Assembly: GCA_051117555.1 (NCBI GenBank)
Contig: JBNPEG010000036.1
Location: 1 to 56,061 of the forward strand
DNA length: 56,061 nucleotides
Reading direction: 5' to 3'
Source of the DNA: Elainellaceae cyanobacterium
GTDB taxonomy: Bacteria > Cyanobacteriota > Cyanobacteriia > CAZCXK01
Positions 38,005 to 47,714 of the stretch are shown one piece after another. Each line of letters starts with the position of its first letter. Positions within the stretch are counted from its first letter, which is position 1. Both the position numbers and the translations under genes were made by a program. Under the pieces are notes generated by a model that saw nothing but the letters and a program-made list of their open reading frames with translations, did not search any database and was not told the origin of the DNA.

Positions 38005-41000
38005 ATGAGTGAACTGGGAACCTATACATTTCTGCCGTGGCTGCGCCAGGGCATTGCTAACAGCATTAACGCTGCCGATCAGGATGTCACAGTCAAGAAT
38101 CGGGCTTCGGTGGCGATCGCCCTCAAGCTCAGAGGTGATCCGGTAGAAGGCTCGAATTCACTAGAGCGGGAGATTTCTCAAGATATTGAGCTATATGGCC
38201 CCGGAGATATTATTGGCATTGACTCAAACGCCATCCTCAAAGTCGAACCCCGCAACTGGATCACCAACTTTGAGACCAATTTCCTTCCTTATATCGAGTT
38301 CTACGATGAGGATTTTCCCTGGTGCTATACCCCAGCCAAACCGAATGCTTCAAATATCAACCGTCTGCGGCCTTGGCTGATGCTGGTGGTGTTGAGAGAA
38401 GACGAATTCAAGGAAGGAGGAGCAGGTGGAGGCGATCGCCCCTTGCCCTATGTTGTTGTTGAGGAGTCGTCTGTCTTTCCTCCCTCGGCAGATCTCTGGA
38501 CCTGGGCGCACGTTCACTCGAACAGGAACTTAATTGCCGGAAGCACGGATATGGTCGTAGAGGCCGATGAAAATGGCTCGGTACTGGCCCAGTTGACGCA
38601 AACCCTGAAGCAAAATCCAGACCTCGCCTATTCCCGCATTCTTTCTCCCCGCAGGCTAACAGAAAATACGGCCTATCATGCTTTTCTGATGCCTGTGTTT
38701 GAAACTGGACGGTTGGCTGGATTAGGGCTTGACCCAACGAAGGCTCCCTATGCCACTCACTGCGCCTGGGATGTCTATCCTGAAGGAGCCACAGACCCTC
38801 GGCAGGAGCCGACCTATTACCCCGTCTACTATCGCTGGTATTTTCGCACCAGTACAGTAGGCGACTTTGAGTATCTAGTGCGGCTGCTGAAACCGAGGCT
38901 TATGGATAGTCGGGTAGGGCGGCGAGACATGGATGTACAGTATCCCGATGCCAACTTGCCCGGCATATCGGATGAATACAGCCTGAATTTGATATCCGCA
39001 GACAGTGCGGATGATTTGCCTTCAAAAGGTAGAAGCGTAGTGATTGTAGCGAAAATTGATGACTTCTATCATGCTCGGATTTTTGATGAGATTGGAAATC
39101 AGGTCGTTGACAGGGGAGAAGGAGAATTTACTCCCGATGATGCACTGGTTCAGCGATTGGAGGAGGCGCTTAGTAATCCATCACTGGATAGACAAACCAA
39201 ACAGTCGTTGATAGAGGATATTACTGCAAGTTTAGGTCATACTTTAACGGTGCCTGGGCTAGGAGGTGTACTCAAACTTGGCGGAGCCTTACAAATTCCC
39301 TTTGGCACCCTCAACGAAGACGATCAGCAAGAAGTACAGAAGTATGAGAACTGGGCACAGCCCTATCCCCATCCATTTCAAACGGAGTTGGCGGCATTTA
39401 TCAATCTGGCAGAAGGGTATAGTCGCCTGGATGCAGAAACCGCTAACAGCGACCCAAATTTGCCCGTTCCGATTAGCACAGACCCTGACCCTGATCCGCT
39501 GATCACTCCACCCCTGTATGGTCGCTGGCACGCCAAAATGCAGCGGCTCTTGGCGGACGAGGCGGGCAATGACCTGCCGCAGAATGACAACTGGGTCCAT
39601 GACCTGAATTTAGACCCCCGATTTCGCGTCGCGGCTGGCTTTGGTACAGAGGTAATTCAGAAAAACCAGGAAGCCTATATGGATGCGGCGTGGGGGCAGA
39701 TTGGCGATATTCTTAAAGCGAATCAGCAGATCAAATGGGCGCAGGTTGCTAAAGAAGTGTCCTGGATTTGGTACGACAATCACCTGCGTCCTCTCAAGGA
39801 TCGGAATCCCGATCGCTTTTTCACCTTGACGGCTCCGCTAGATCGACGGGTGCTGGTAGACGGTACGACCCGCTTCCATGCGATCAGAACCAGTATTGTG
39901 CCTCGTGCGGCGACGGTGGCCCCGATGCGGCGGATGATGCGATCGCGATCGCGCCTGATCCAAAAACTCAACTTTCCTGCTAACCGTCCCCCTGAAACCC
40001 TAGTGACGCGGATTAACAATCGGGAAATTCTCCCCGCACCGCCGAAAATCACCCCTCCTAGCCTGCCGACCCTAGACCAACTGGCGGAAGAAATGCTGCC
40101 CAATGTGCCAGAGGTGATCCTCGACTTAGTGCGCCGTATTCCATCATGGCTTAGGTTCATTATCCTGGCGCTGATCACCCTAATTTTCACCCTGATCGGG
40201 GGGCTGGTAGGACTCCTAATTGTTGGGATTCTGGCAGTGATCGCTTTTTTCTATCTGAACCGCATTGGTAGACAGACGGACGCTGCCGATAGCCTCAAGG
40301 AGGAAAATCAAACTCCCGATCGGGTAGATAGATTGCCCCAAAGTCCTGACTTTGTCCTCACTCGCCCCGATGAAGACGCACAGCCCAGTCAAGGGAATTC
40401 AGATAGTGACGAGGCGACTCGCTTCAAGGTCGCCCTCAAGGATACCTATCGCCTGATACAGGCTAGCCATCAGGCTGCCCAGGAACCGCCTCGACAGCCC
40501 CTGGATCTCCCCACCCTGACCGTAGGCACGTTTCAGGCCATCAATCCTGATGTGACCATTCCTAAGGCAACCCTAACCACAATCTTCATTCCTCCCCGCA
40601 TCAAAGATGCTCTGTTCGAAATCTTTGAGGAGGCGATGGCCTATCCAGAATTTGACATTCCCATGTACAAGCCTCTGGCGGAGATCTCGGATGAATTATT
40701 TCTGCCCAATCTGCAATACATCGAGCAAAACAGTATTTCTCTGCTAGAAACCAACCAGCGCTTCATCGAAGCCTACATGGTGGGGTTGAACCATGAGTTT
40801 GCCCGTGAATTACTTTGGCGTGAATATCCGACCGACCAGCGAGGCAGCTATTTCCGCCAGTTCTGGGATGTCAAAAGCTTCCTTGATCGCGAGAATCTGG
40901 ACAAGGAAGCACTCCGGGAAAAACTAAGGGACATTCCGCCCCTGCATCGCTGGTCAAGGTTTTCTGATCTGGGGGATCATGACCACCGAGAAGCCTCAGG

Positions 41001-41634
41001 GGAAACGGAAGAAGAACTTGTGCTCGTCATTCGAGGGGAACTGCTGAAGAAATATCCCACGGCCGAGATTTACGCTCATCGAGCAGAGTGGGAAAGGACG
41101 GACGACGGTGAAATTGATAAGACTAAGCCCCGTTCCCTGCGCTCTCTAGATGAGACAGAAGAGGACAATCCTCCTCCTTCTAAAATCCGTATGCCCCTCT
41201 ACGAAGCCAAGGTGGAGCCGGATATCTATTTCTTTGGTTTTGATTTGACCCCGAAAGAAGCGCGAGGCGAAACAGAGGATAAGCCGGACGATCCAGGTTG
41301 GTTTTTCGTGATTGAGGAACGTGCTGGTGAACCTCAGTTTGGCTTTGATATTGACCAGGATGGTGCAGGAGGAGGTATCAAGCAGCATTGGAATGATCTG
41401 TCCTGGGACGATGTACTGCCGGGAGGTGCTGCCGGAGATTTTGTCCAGCCCAGAAATTCTCCTGGAATCGCCCTCACAGAGCCACCGGAGGATGATCAGG
41501 AAGGCCGTCAGCAGTATGCCGAAGATGTGCAAGTAACTTGGACAGGGAGTGTCAGCGCGGCAGAGATGGCTTATATCATGTACCAGGTGCCCGTCCGGGT
41601 GGCTGTTCATGCCTCAGAAATGTTGCCGGAGTAG
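38005..41634 (+). CDS. Uncharacterised 1209-aa protein with an internal hydrophobic hairpin
   Basis: Long ORF in the tight operon; motifs GDFEYLVRLLKP and ELLWREYPTDQRGSYFRQFWD. Confidence 0.88.
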   Translation: MSELGTYTFLPWLRQGIANSINAADQDVTVKNRASVAIALKLRGDPVEGSNSLEREISQDIELYGPGDIIGIDSNAILKVEPRNWITNFETNFLPYIEFYDEDFPWCYTPAKPNASNINRLRPWLMLVVLREDEFKEGGAGGGDRPLPYVVVEESSVFPPSADLWTWAHVHSNRNLIAGSTDMVVEADENGSVLAQLTQTLKQNPDLAYSRILSPRRLTENTAYHAFLMPVFETGRLAGLGLDPTKAPYATHCAWDVYPEGATDPRQEPTYYPVYYRWYFRTSTVGDFEYLVRLLKPRLMDSRVGRRDMDVQYPDANLPGISDEYSLNLISADSADDLPSKGRSVVIVAKIDDFYHARIFDEIGNQVVDRGEGEFTPDDALVQRLEEALSNPSLDRQTKQSLIEDITASLGHTLTVPGLGGVLKLGGALQIPFGTLNEDDQQEVQKYENWAQPYPHPFQTELAAFINLAEGYSRLDAETANSDPNLPVPISTDPDPDPLITPPLYGRWHAKMQRLLADEAGNDLPQNDNWVHDLNLDPRFRVAAGFGTEVIQKNQEAYMDAAWGQIGDILKANQQIKWAQVAKEVSWIWYDNHLRPLKDRNPDRFFTLTAPLDRRVLVDGTTRFHAIRTSIVPRAATVAPMRRMMRSRSRLIQKLNFPANRPPETLVTRINNREILPAPPKITPPSLPTLDQLAEEMLPNVPEVILDLVRRIPSWLRFIILALITLIFTLIGGLVGLLIVGILAVIAFFYLNRIGRQTDAADSLKEENQTPDRVDRLPQSPDFVLTRPDEDAQPSQGNSDSDEATRFKVALKDTYRLIQASHQAAQEPPRQPLDLPTLTVGTFQAINPDVTIPKATLTTIFIPPRIKDALFEIFEEAMAYPEFDIPMYKPLAEISDELFLPNLQYIEQNSISLLETNQRFIEAYMVGLNHEFARELLWREYPTDQRGSYFRQFWDVKSFLDRENLDKEALREKLRDIPPLHRWSRFSDLGDHDHREASGETEEELVLVIRGELLKKYPTAEIYAHRAEWERTDDGEIDKTKPRSLRSLDETEEDNPPPSKIRMPLYEAKVEPDIYFFGFDLTPKEARGETEDKPDDPGWFFVIEERAGEPQFGFDIDQDGAGGGIKQHWNDLSWDDVLPGGAAGDFVQPRNSPGIALTEPPEDDQEGRQQYAEDVQVTWTGSVSAAEMAYIMYQVPVRVAVHASEMLPE

Positions 41635-41646
41635 GGAGTCAGCGTC

Positions 41647-44600
41647 ATGACCGAATTCGATGATACGGGCAGACAACTTAATCAGATTCAACAGCAGCGC
41701 GATCGCACTCGATTAAACCTGTTTGTTGCCCGCGAACAACTGACAAAAACCCAGGCCGCTCAACAACGGCTGAATCGCTATTTCAATCCCCAAAATCCAG
41801 ATCATCAGTCCCGCCAGCGCCAGTTGCAGTCACAACGAGCCAGGACGGAAGCCACAATTCGACAACTGGAACGTAATCTGGATGAAGTAGCGACGACCGC
41901 GACGCGGCTGACTGCCGAATTCTTGCCGTTTACCGATCCGCGTGACAACCTCCGCTTCAAACATACCGACTACCCGTTTCTACTATTTCCTCTGCGGCTC
42001 GAAACCCGCTTCAAGTCCGTGAATGTACTGGGAACAGCACCCAGTGAGCAGCTCTGGGTACGGGTGTATCCTGACGAGTGCCTAGTGGATACCTTTGAAT
42101 CCGTACTTTCAGAGAGCGAAGTTGCCAGCGTGCAAAAATTTTGGGTGGACTGGGCTAAGGCAGGGGGCATTGAGGCCGAACAGCGAGGAGCCTGGCGATC
42201 GCTCGTTTCTGGCTTCGGTGCTGGACGGGCGGCTTGGCTGATTCAGCAGTACCAACCGGATCTGAGTAGCTCCTTTCCCCAAAAGACAGAGGCAGAAACA
42301 GGGGTAGATCGGGTGCTGGCGATCGCCACCTCACAGCCCCTTTCCTCTGAAGAAAAGCCTGTTGTCGAGACGTTTTGGATTGCCTGGTGGCGAGCGGAGG
42401 GCAACGCTGTCGCGGAACAGGCCGCGATCGCCACGCTAGAAGAGGCGATCGGAGCAGACCGGGCAGCGGTGATTCTCACCGACTACGTCCCGGAAAATCT
42501 AGCCGATGAACCTCCCGCGTCTCTGACTCGGTCGGAGGCACGAGTGGCGATCGCCTGGCTCGAATTCTCTGACCCCGAACAAACAGAAACGCAACAAAAT
42601 TCCTGGTCCCAGGCTCCCCGCGTGACTGTGTTGCCAGAACGGCTGGTGCTGCTGGGCTATCGCAACGGGGAACAGGTGTTAGAACAACTGGGTAACCCGA
42701 TTCCTACCCCATTGATTGCAGGCCCCGATCCCCTGGCGGATGACGCTGACCAGTTGCGTCTGGAAAATGGCGACGTGGTGGTTAGTGACGCCATGCGGTG
42801 GATGGTAGATTTTGATCGCGCTGTAGAGGTAGGCATGGGATTTCGGGTCAATCTCAGCCCGACGGATCGGCGGCTGGGGTTTGATCAACTGCTGGTGCTG
42901 GGAGTGCGTCTGAGTGCCGATGCTGCTGCTGGGCAGGAGATGCTCGAAACCCTCTTCCAGCATCATGAAACAGGAAATTCTGGTTTTAGCCTGGTGCCTC
43001 AGGGCACGCCCACGAATAACACCGAAGGGGCAGGGTCTGGGTTTTCTGAACGCGAAGACGCGGATGACACCTATGATCTAGTGTTCAAAGCAGACCCGCT
43101 CACTCATGACCCGGATTGGCGATCGCGCCAGGATGGGCAGTGGTTGGCAGATCTCCTCGGCATCCGGCTCAGCACCTTTGACCGCACGCCCTTTGCGCGC
43201 GGGCGCGACCAGTGTGAAGCCCGTGCGATGAATACGGTACTATGGCCCGGCACCTGGGGCTATTTGATGGAATCGATGATGACCCCGGTGTTTGATGCCT
43301 CAACCATTGAGAAAACTCGCTGGTTTTTCACCCACTTTGTTTCTGCCAGGGGCATTTTGCCAGCAATTCGCATCGGCGATCAGCCCTACGGCATTCTGCC
43401 CACCACCGTCTTCAGTCGGGTGTCTTGGCTGCGGGGGAAACGCTGGCCTCGTCCGGGAGTGCCCCATCCGTCGGGCTACCGCACCTATTTGATTGAGCTA
43501 TATCAACTCTTAGAAACCATGCGAGCCGATTGGCAGCAGCAGCTCTCGAAGGTGTCCTATGTCGGCAAGAACGAGGATAGTGATCCGCATCAGATTTTGC
43601 TGGATGTGGTGGGCCTGCATCCCTCATCGGCGGAATACTACCAGCGTTATGCTGAAAGTCTAGAGCAACTGACCAATCGCCTGAAGTTGCAGGGATTTTG
43701 GGGTCAACTACTGGCAGCGCTGATTGCTGTGGGCTATCCTCAAAGCGGCATGGACTTGCTGAGCCGCCTGGGATACGAGGACGATGCTATTCCTGAAATC
43801 CTAGAGAAATTTTTCTTGAACCAACCCGATAAGCTGCTGGGGGATTTGATCGACGACCAACCCCTTTCAGAAGTTAATCCCGTTCGAGCCTACACCGATG
43901 ATGGCCGCAACTATATTCGCTGGCTGATTGATACTGCCCAGACTTCCTTTGATGCGCTGCGAAACGAGGAAGGTTTCACCGACAATCAGAAGCCCAGAGC
44001 GTTGCTTTACCTGATGCTCCGCTATGCCTTAGAACAAGGCTATTGGGATGCAGGGTTACGCCTATTTGAGACCTTTGAGCTGTTGTCTCCAGAGCAACTG
44101 GCAACTGCGCGACTCGATCCCAGCTTTGTCCATGTAGCCGATCGGGGCGTTGAATCCTCATTAGAGCGAACCTCCAACCAACTGGCGACGTCTGGCAAAC
44201 CCGTCCGGTTCAACCAGCGAAGCGAGAGTCGTTACGAATATCTTTATCAAACGGCTCCTGCAATTACGAACAATCCTGAGATGATGGTCGCCGACTACAT
44301 TCCTCAGATAATCAGTCAGTTGCCCGCCACCCGCTACTTGTATCAGCAACTCGAAGCCCTGAAGCACTTAGAACACACCCCCACTGCAGGGTTAGAACGT
44401 TTGTTCGCTGAACATGTGGATCTCTGCACCTATCGGCTAGATGCCTGGCGTTGGGGGCTATTGAACTATCAACTGCTGGGACTGCGGTATGGCGATCGCC
44501 CCACGTCCCCTGATACGCCTGGCACACCCGGTGATGATGATGACGACGACGATATTGATGTTGAACTCCTCGCAGTTGATGTAGAGCGCTCTCCGGCTAA

Positions 44601-47600
44601 AAAAGGCATCTATTTGGGGGCGTTCGGCATTCTAGAGAAAGTGAAATCAGAAAATAAACAACTCACCCCTGTTGAATTAGATGAAGAACTGGACGCTATC
44701 TTTAACCCACCAGAATCAGAGAACCTACCGCCGTTGATGCAAGACAGTACGAACGGTGGATTTATCCATGCCCCGTCACTCAACCATGCGATCGCCGCTG
44801 CCATTCTCCGCAATGGCTACATCGTCAATGCCACGCCCGACGATCCCAACCTGCTCAAGGTCAACCTGTCCTCCGAGCGAGTGCGGATGGCATTAGGCAT
44901 CATCGAAGGCATCCGCAATGGGCAAACTCTGGGAGCACTACTGGGCTATCAGCTAGAACGAGGCTTACACGATCGCCACACCGAAGCCGAAGTTGATCAA
45001 TTCATTTTTGAACTGCGTAAAGCTTTTCCCTTAGTTGCCGATCGGTTTCGGGACACTCAGTCGGATGACGCGGATGCCATTCAGACGATTGAGGCACGCA
45101 ACGTGGTGAATGGCTATGCGCTGATTAACCAAATCAAACAGTCTGGCATTAAGACCTATCCCTTTGGCGCAAGTAGTCTTCCTACAACGGGCATCACCGA
45201 TGAGCAGAAAGCAGTCATCGATACCGAAGTTGAGCGGATTCTTGATATCCAAGATGCGGTTGCTGATCTGGTAATGGCAGAGGGAGTGTATCAGGCAGTG
45301 CAGGGCAATTATGGGCGAGTAGCATCAAACCTGGACGCCTACGCTAAAGGTACTTTTCCTCCAGAACCGGAAGTCGTGCAAACACCGCGCAGTGGCATCA
45401 ATTTAACTCATCGCATGGGGTTGCATTTTGAATCCGGACTCGATCCGGCAGTATCGCCCAATGCCCTTGCAGTGACTCCCCGCACTCATGCTGAACCTGC
45501 CGTCAATGCGTGGTTAACTCGCTTGCTGCCTGATCCGGCCACCGTCATCTGCAAGGCAACGTATCTGGATGCAGCAGATGGCATTGTGAAAACGGAGGAG
45601 GTTAGCCAGCAGCAACTTGGACTACAGCCCCTAGACTTACTCTACCTCGTCAATCCTGAAGCCAACCAGGCCATGACCGAGCTGGATGACCAGGTGGTGT
45701 ATTACATGCTGACAACCCATACTCCCCGGTGGGATATCGACATCGAGATTCAGTATGTGCTCAAGCAACCGGGTCGAGTGTCTTTCTTTGAGGTCGGAGC
45801 GATGCTGAGCAGCCTCCGCAGTTTGATTCTCAAATCTCGCCCCTTGAATGCCACGGATGTCGCAATGCCGACGGAAGCTCGTCAGGAAACCGCCACGCAG
45901 GTCAGGGTTGATGAGAATCGCCTGCTGCCCTTGGCAGAGCAATTGGGAGACCTGGTGTCCCACCCTAATCCGGTGGAAGACGATCTAGATAGTTTGAAGG
46001 AGGATTTGAAGCGGTGGCAATGGTTTTCGGACACTCGCCAGAGCACCCTTTTGAATGACTATGAGCTGAGCTTGATAACCGTAGCCAGTGCGGATGATTT
46101 GCCAGAGGAGGGTGAGAGATTAGTCGTCGTCGCGAGAATCGCAGGTTCCTATCAGGTCCGGATTTTCGGTGGTGATGGCACCCAGGTGATTGATGACGGA
46201 GCAGGGGCGTTTTCCCCGGATACGGCACTGGTTTTACAACTAGAGGACGCGTTTGATAACCAACCCATTGATGACCCAACGAAGAACGAGCTTTTACAAG
46301 CGATTCGATCAAGCCTGATACAGTCTTTTCTAAGTGATATTGATCGTTGGATTGACCGGACAATGGCGCTGTTTTACCGGGCGATCGCCTTTGGTATTCC
46401 CCAAGCCAGTATCGGGTTTGCCTACGACTGGAAAAAGCAGCAGTTTGGGGCACTCCAAGACAAGGTCAATGAGCTGGTAGAACGATGGCAAGACCGCCTC
46501 ACCTCCTTCAACACGTTCCTCACCACTGACTATCCAGCCGCAACCACCGATGAGGAGCGGATCGCTCTGCTGCGCCAGGCAGAGGGGCTGGTCTCGACAG
46601 AGCTAACAGTTCCTTTGCCTGCTACTCCTGAAGCGTATCGGACGGCGGTTCAGGCAAAAGCAGTTGCGTTTGAGACAAAGCTAAATCAGTTTCGGGCAAT
46701 CCTGGATTCCTCGAATACACGCCTTTCCCAGTTGTTAGCCGATATTACGGCTCAGTTACCTCTAGATGCTTTTGAGTTTCAGGGGCTGGAGGTAACAGAG
46801 GAGGAGGAAGAAATCCTGCGGTTTTCCGGGGATCTGCATCGCCAGGTCACGCTGCTGCAAACGGAACTTCTGCGGCGACAAACCACTGCCAGTGACCAGA
46901 TCACAGAGGCTCTGAGTCTGGGCGAAGCGACAGCACGGGTAGACGGGCTGACTCAAGCCGCTAAAAGTCTACTGGGCGAGGATTTCAAACTGGTTCCAGA
47001 ATTTACGCTGTCCGCCGAACAAGCCAGTGAGTGGGATAAGGCATGGGGCGATCGCACGCTCATCCTGTCCTATCTCACTGATGCAGAACCGTCGGGATTG
47101 GGACTCGACTTTCCAGTAGATGAATGGCTGTATGGCGTAGCACGGGTGCGCGAGGATGCGGCCCACTGGGAGCGGGTGATGATGTTGAGCCATGCCTTTG
47201 GTACGGGAGAACCGGAGCTAGAACCCATCCAATTGCCCTACCGAGAGAATGACCGCTGGCTGGCTCTGCCCTATCCGACAGAATATGAGTTTGATGGCGA
47301 TCGCCTCCTCTACACCGCTCACTACACCATCCCCTTCAACCCTGGTGCAAACCAGTGCGGGCTACTGCTCGACGAGTGGACGGAAGTCATTCCTACTCCA
47401 GAGGAAACTACCGGCATCACGTTCAACTACGATCGCCCCAATGCCGAGCCGCCACAAACGCTGCTGCTGGTCATGAGTCCGCATCTCGATGGAGCGTGGC
47501 AATGGAATGACTTGGTGGATGCCATCCGCGAAACCCTGGAGGAAGCTCGTCTGCGAGCTGTTGAACCCACGCAAATAGACGATACTCCTTATGCCCGCTT

Positions 47601-47709
47601 CCTACCTGCAACGACTTCGGCAGTCACCTTCCATCCCATCACGATCATGCTCAATCTGGCTCTGAACAACACCGTATATCGTCTCATCAACACCGAAGAT
47701 AATGGCTGA
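41647..47709 (+). CDS. Uncharacterised 2020-aa protein
   Basis: Long ORF with N-terminal coiled coil; motifs FPLRLETRF, QGTPTNN, TYRLDAW, GFIHAPS and GLLLDEWTEVIP. Confidence 0.9.
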   Translation: MTEFDDTGRQLNQIQQQRDRTRLNLFVAREQLTKTQAAQQRLNRYFNPQNPDHQSRQRQLQSQRARTEATIRQLERNLDEVATTATRLTAEFLPFTDPRDNLRFKHTDYPFLLFPLRLETRFKSVNVLGTAPSEQLWVRVYPDECLVDTFESVLSESEVASVQKFWVDWAKAGGIEAEQRGAWRSLVSGFGAGRAAWLIQQYQPDLSSSFPQKTEAETGVDRVLAIATSQPLSSEEKPVVETFWIAWWRAEGNAVAEQAAIATLEEAIGADRAAVILTDYVPENLADEPPASLTRSEARVAIAWLEFSDPEQTETQQNSWSQAPRVTVLPERLVLLGYRNGEQVLEQLGNPIPTPLIAGPDPLADDADQLRLENGDVVVSDAMRWMVDFDRAVEVGMGFRVNLSPTDRRLGFDQLLVLGVRLSADAAAGQEMLETLFQHHETGNSGFSLVPQGTPTNNTEGAGSGFSEREDADDTYDLVFKADPLTHDPDWRSRQDGQWLADLLGIRLSTFDRTPFARGRDQCEARAMNTVLWPGTWGYLMESMMTPVFDASTIEKTRWFFTHFVSARGILPAIRIGDQPYGILPTTVFSRVSWLRGKRWPRPGVPHPSGYRTYLIELYQLLETMRADWQQQLSKVSYVGKNEDSDPHQILLDVVGLHPSSAEYYQRYAESLEQLTNRLKLQGFWGQLLAALIAVGYPQSGMDLLSRLGYEDDAIPEILEKFFLNQPDKLLGDLIDDQPLSEVNPVRAYTDDGRNYIRWLIDTAQTSFDALRNEEGFTDNQKPRALLYLMLRYALEQGYWDAGLRLFETFELLSPEQLATARLDPSFVHVADRGVESSLERTSNQLATSGKPVRFNQRSESRYEYLYQTAPAITNNPEMMVADYIPQIISQLPATRYLYQQLEALKHLEHTPTAGLERLFAEHVDLCTYRLDAWRWGLLNYQLLGLRYGDRPTSPDTPGTPGDDDDDDDIDVELLAVDVERSPAKKGIYLGAFGILEKVKSENKQLTPVELDEELDAIFNPPESENLPPLMQDSTNGGFIHAPSLNHAIAAAILRNGYIVNATPDDPNLLKVNLSSERVRMALGIIEGIRNGQTLGALLGYQLERGLHDRHTEAEVDQFIFELRKAFPLVADRFRDTQSDDADAIQTIEARNVVNGYALINQIKQSGIKTYPFGASSLPTTGITDEQKAVIDTEVERILDIQDAVADLVMAEGVYQAVQGNYGRVASNLDAYAKGTFPPEPEVVQTPRSGINLTHRMGLHFESGLDPAVSPNALAVTPRTHAEPAVNAWLTRLLPDPATVICKATYLDAADGIVKTEEVSQQQLGLQPLDLLYLVNPEANQAMTELDDQVVYYMLTTHTPRWDIDIEIQYVLKQPGRVSFFEVGAMLSSLRSLILKSRPLNATDVAMPTEARQETATQVRVDENRLLPLAEQLGDLVSHPNPVEDDLDSLKEDLKRWQWFSDTRQSTLLNDYELSLITVASADDLPEEGERLVVVARIAGSYQVRIFGGDGTQVIDDGAGAFSPDTALVLQLEDAFDNQPIDDPTKNELLQAIRSSLIQSFLSDIDRWIDRTMALFYRAIAFGIPQASIGFAYDWKKQQFGALQDKVNELVERWQDRLTSFNTFLTTDYPAATTDEERIALLRQAEGLVSTELTVPLPATPEAYRTAVQAKAVAFETKLNQFRAILDSSNTRLSQLLADITAQLPLDAFEFQGLEVTEEEEEILRFSGDLHRQVTLLQTELLRRQTTASDQITEALSLGEATARVDGLTQAAKSLLGEDFKLVPEFTLSAEQASEWDKAWGDRTLILSYLTDAEPSGLGLDFPVDEWLYGVARVREDAAHWERVMMLSHAFGTGEPELEPIQLPYRENDRWLALPYPTEYEFDGDRLLYTAHYTIPFNPGANQCGLLLDEWTEVIPTPEETTGITFNYDRPNAEPPQTLLLVMSPHLDGAWQWNDLVDAIRETLEEARLRAVEPTQIDDTPYARFLPATTSAVTFHPITIMLNLALNNTVYRLINTEDNG

Positions 47710-47714
47710 AGACA

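Noticed and set aside
38971..39234. Intein
   Set aside because: Too short, and lacks the terminal Cys/Ser and His-Asn splice residues.
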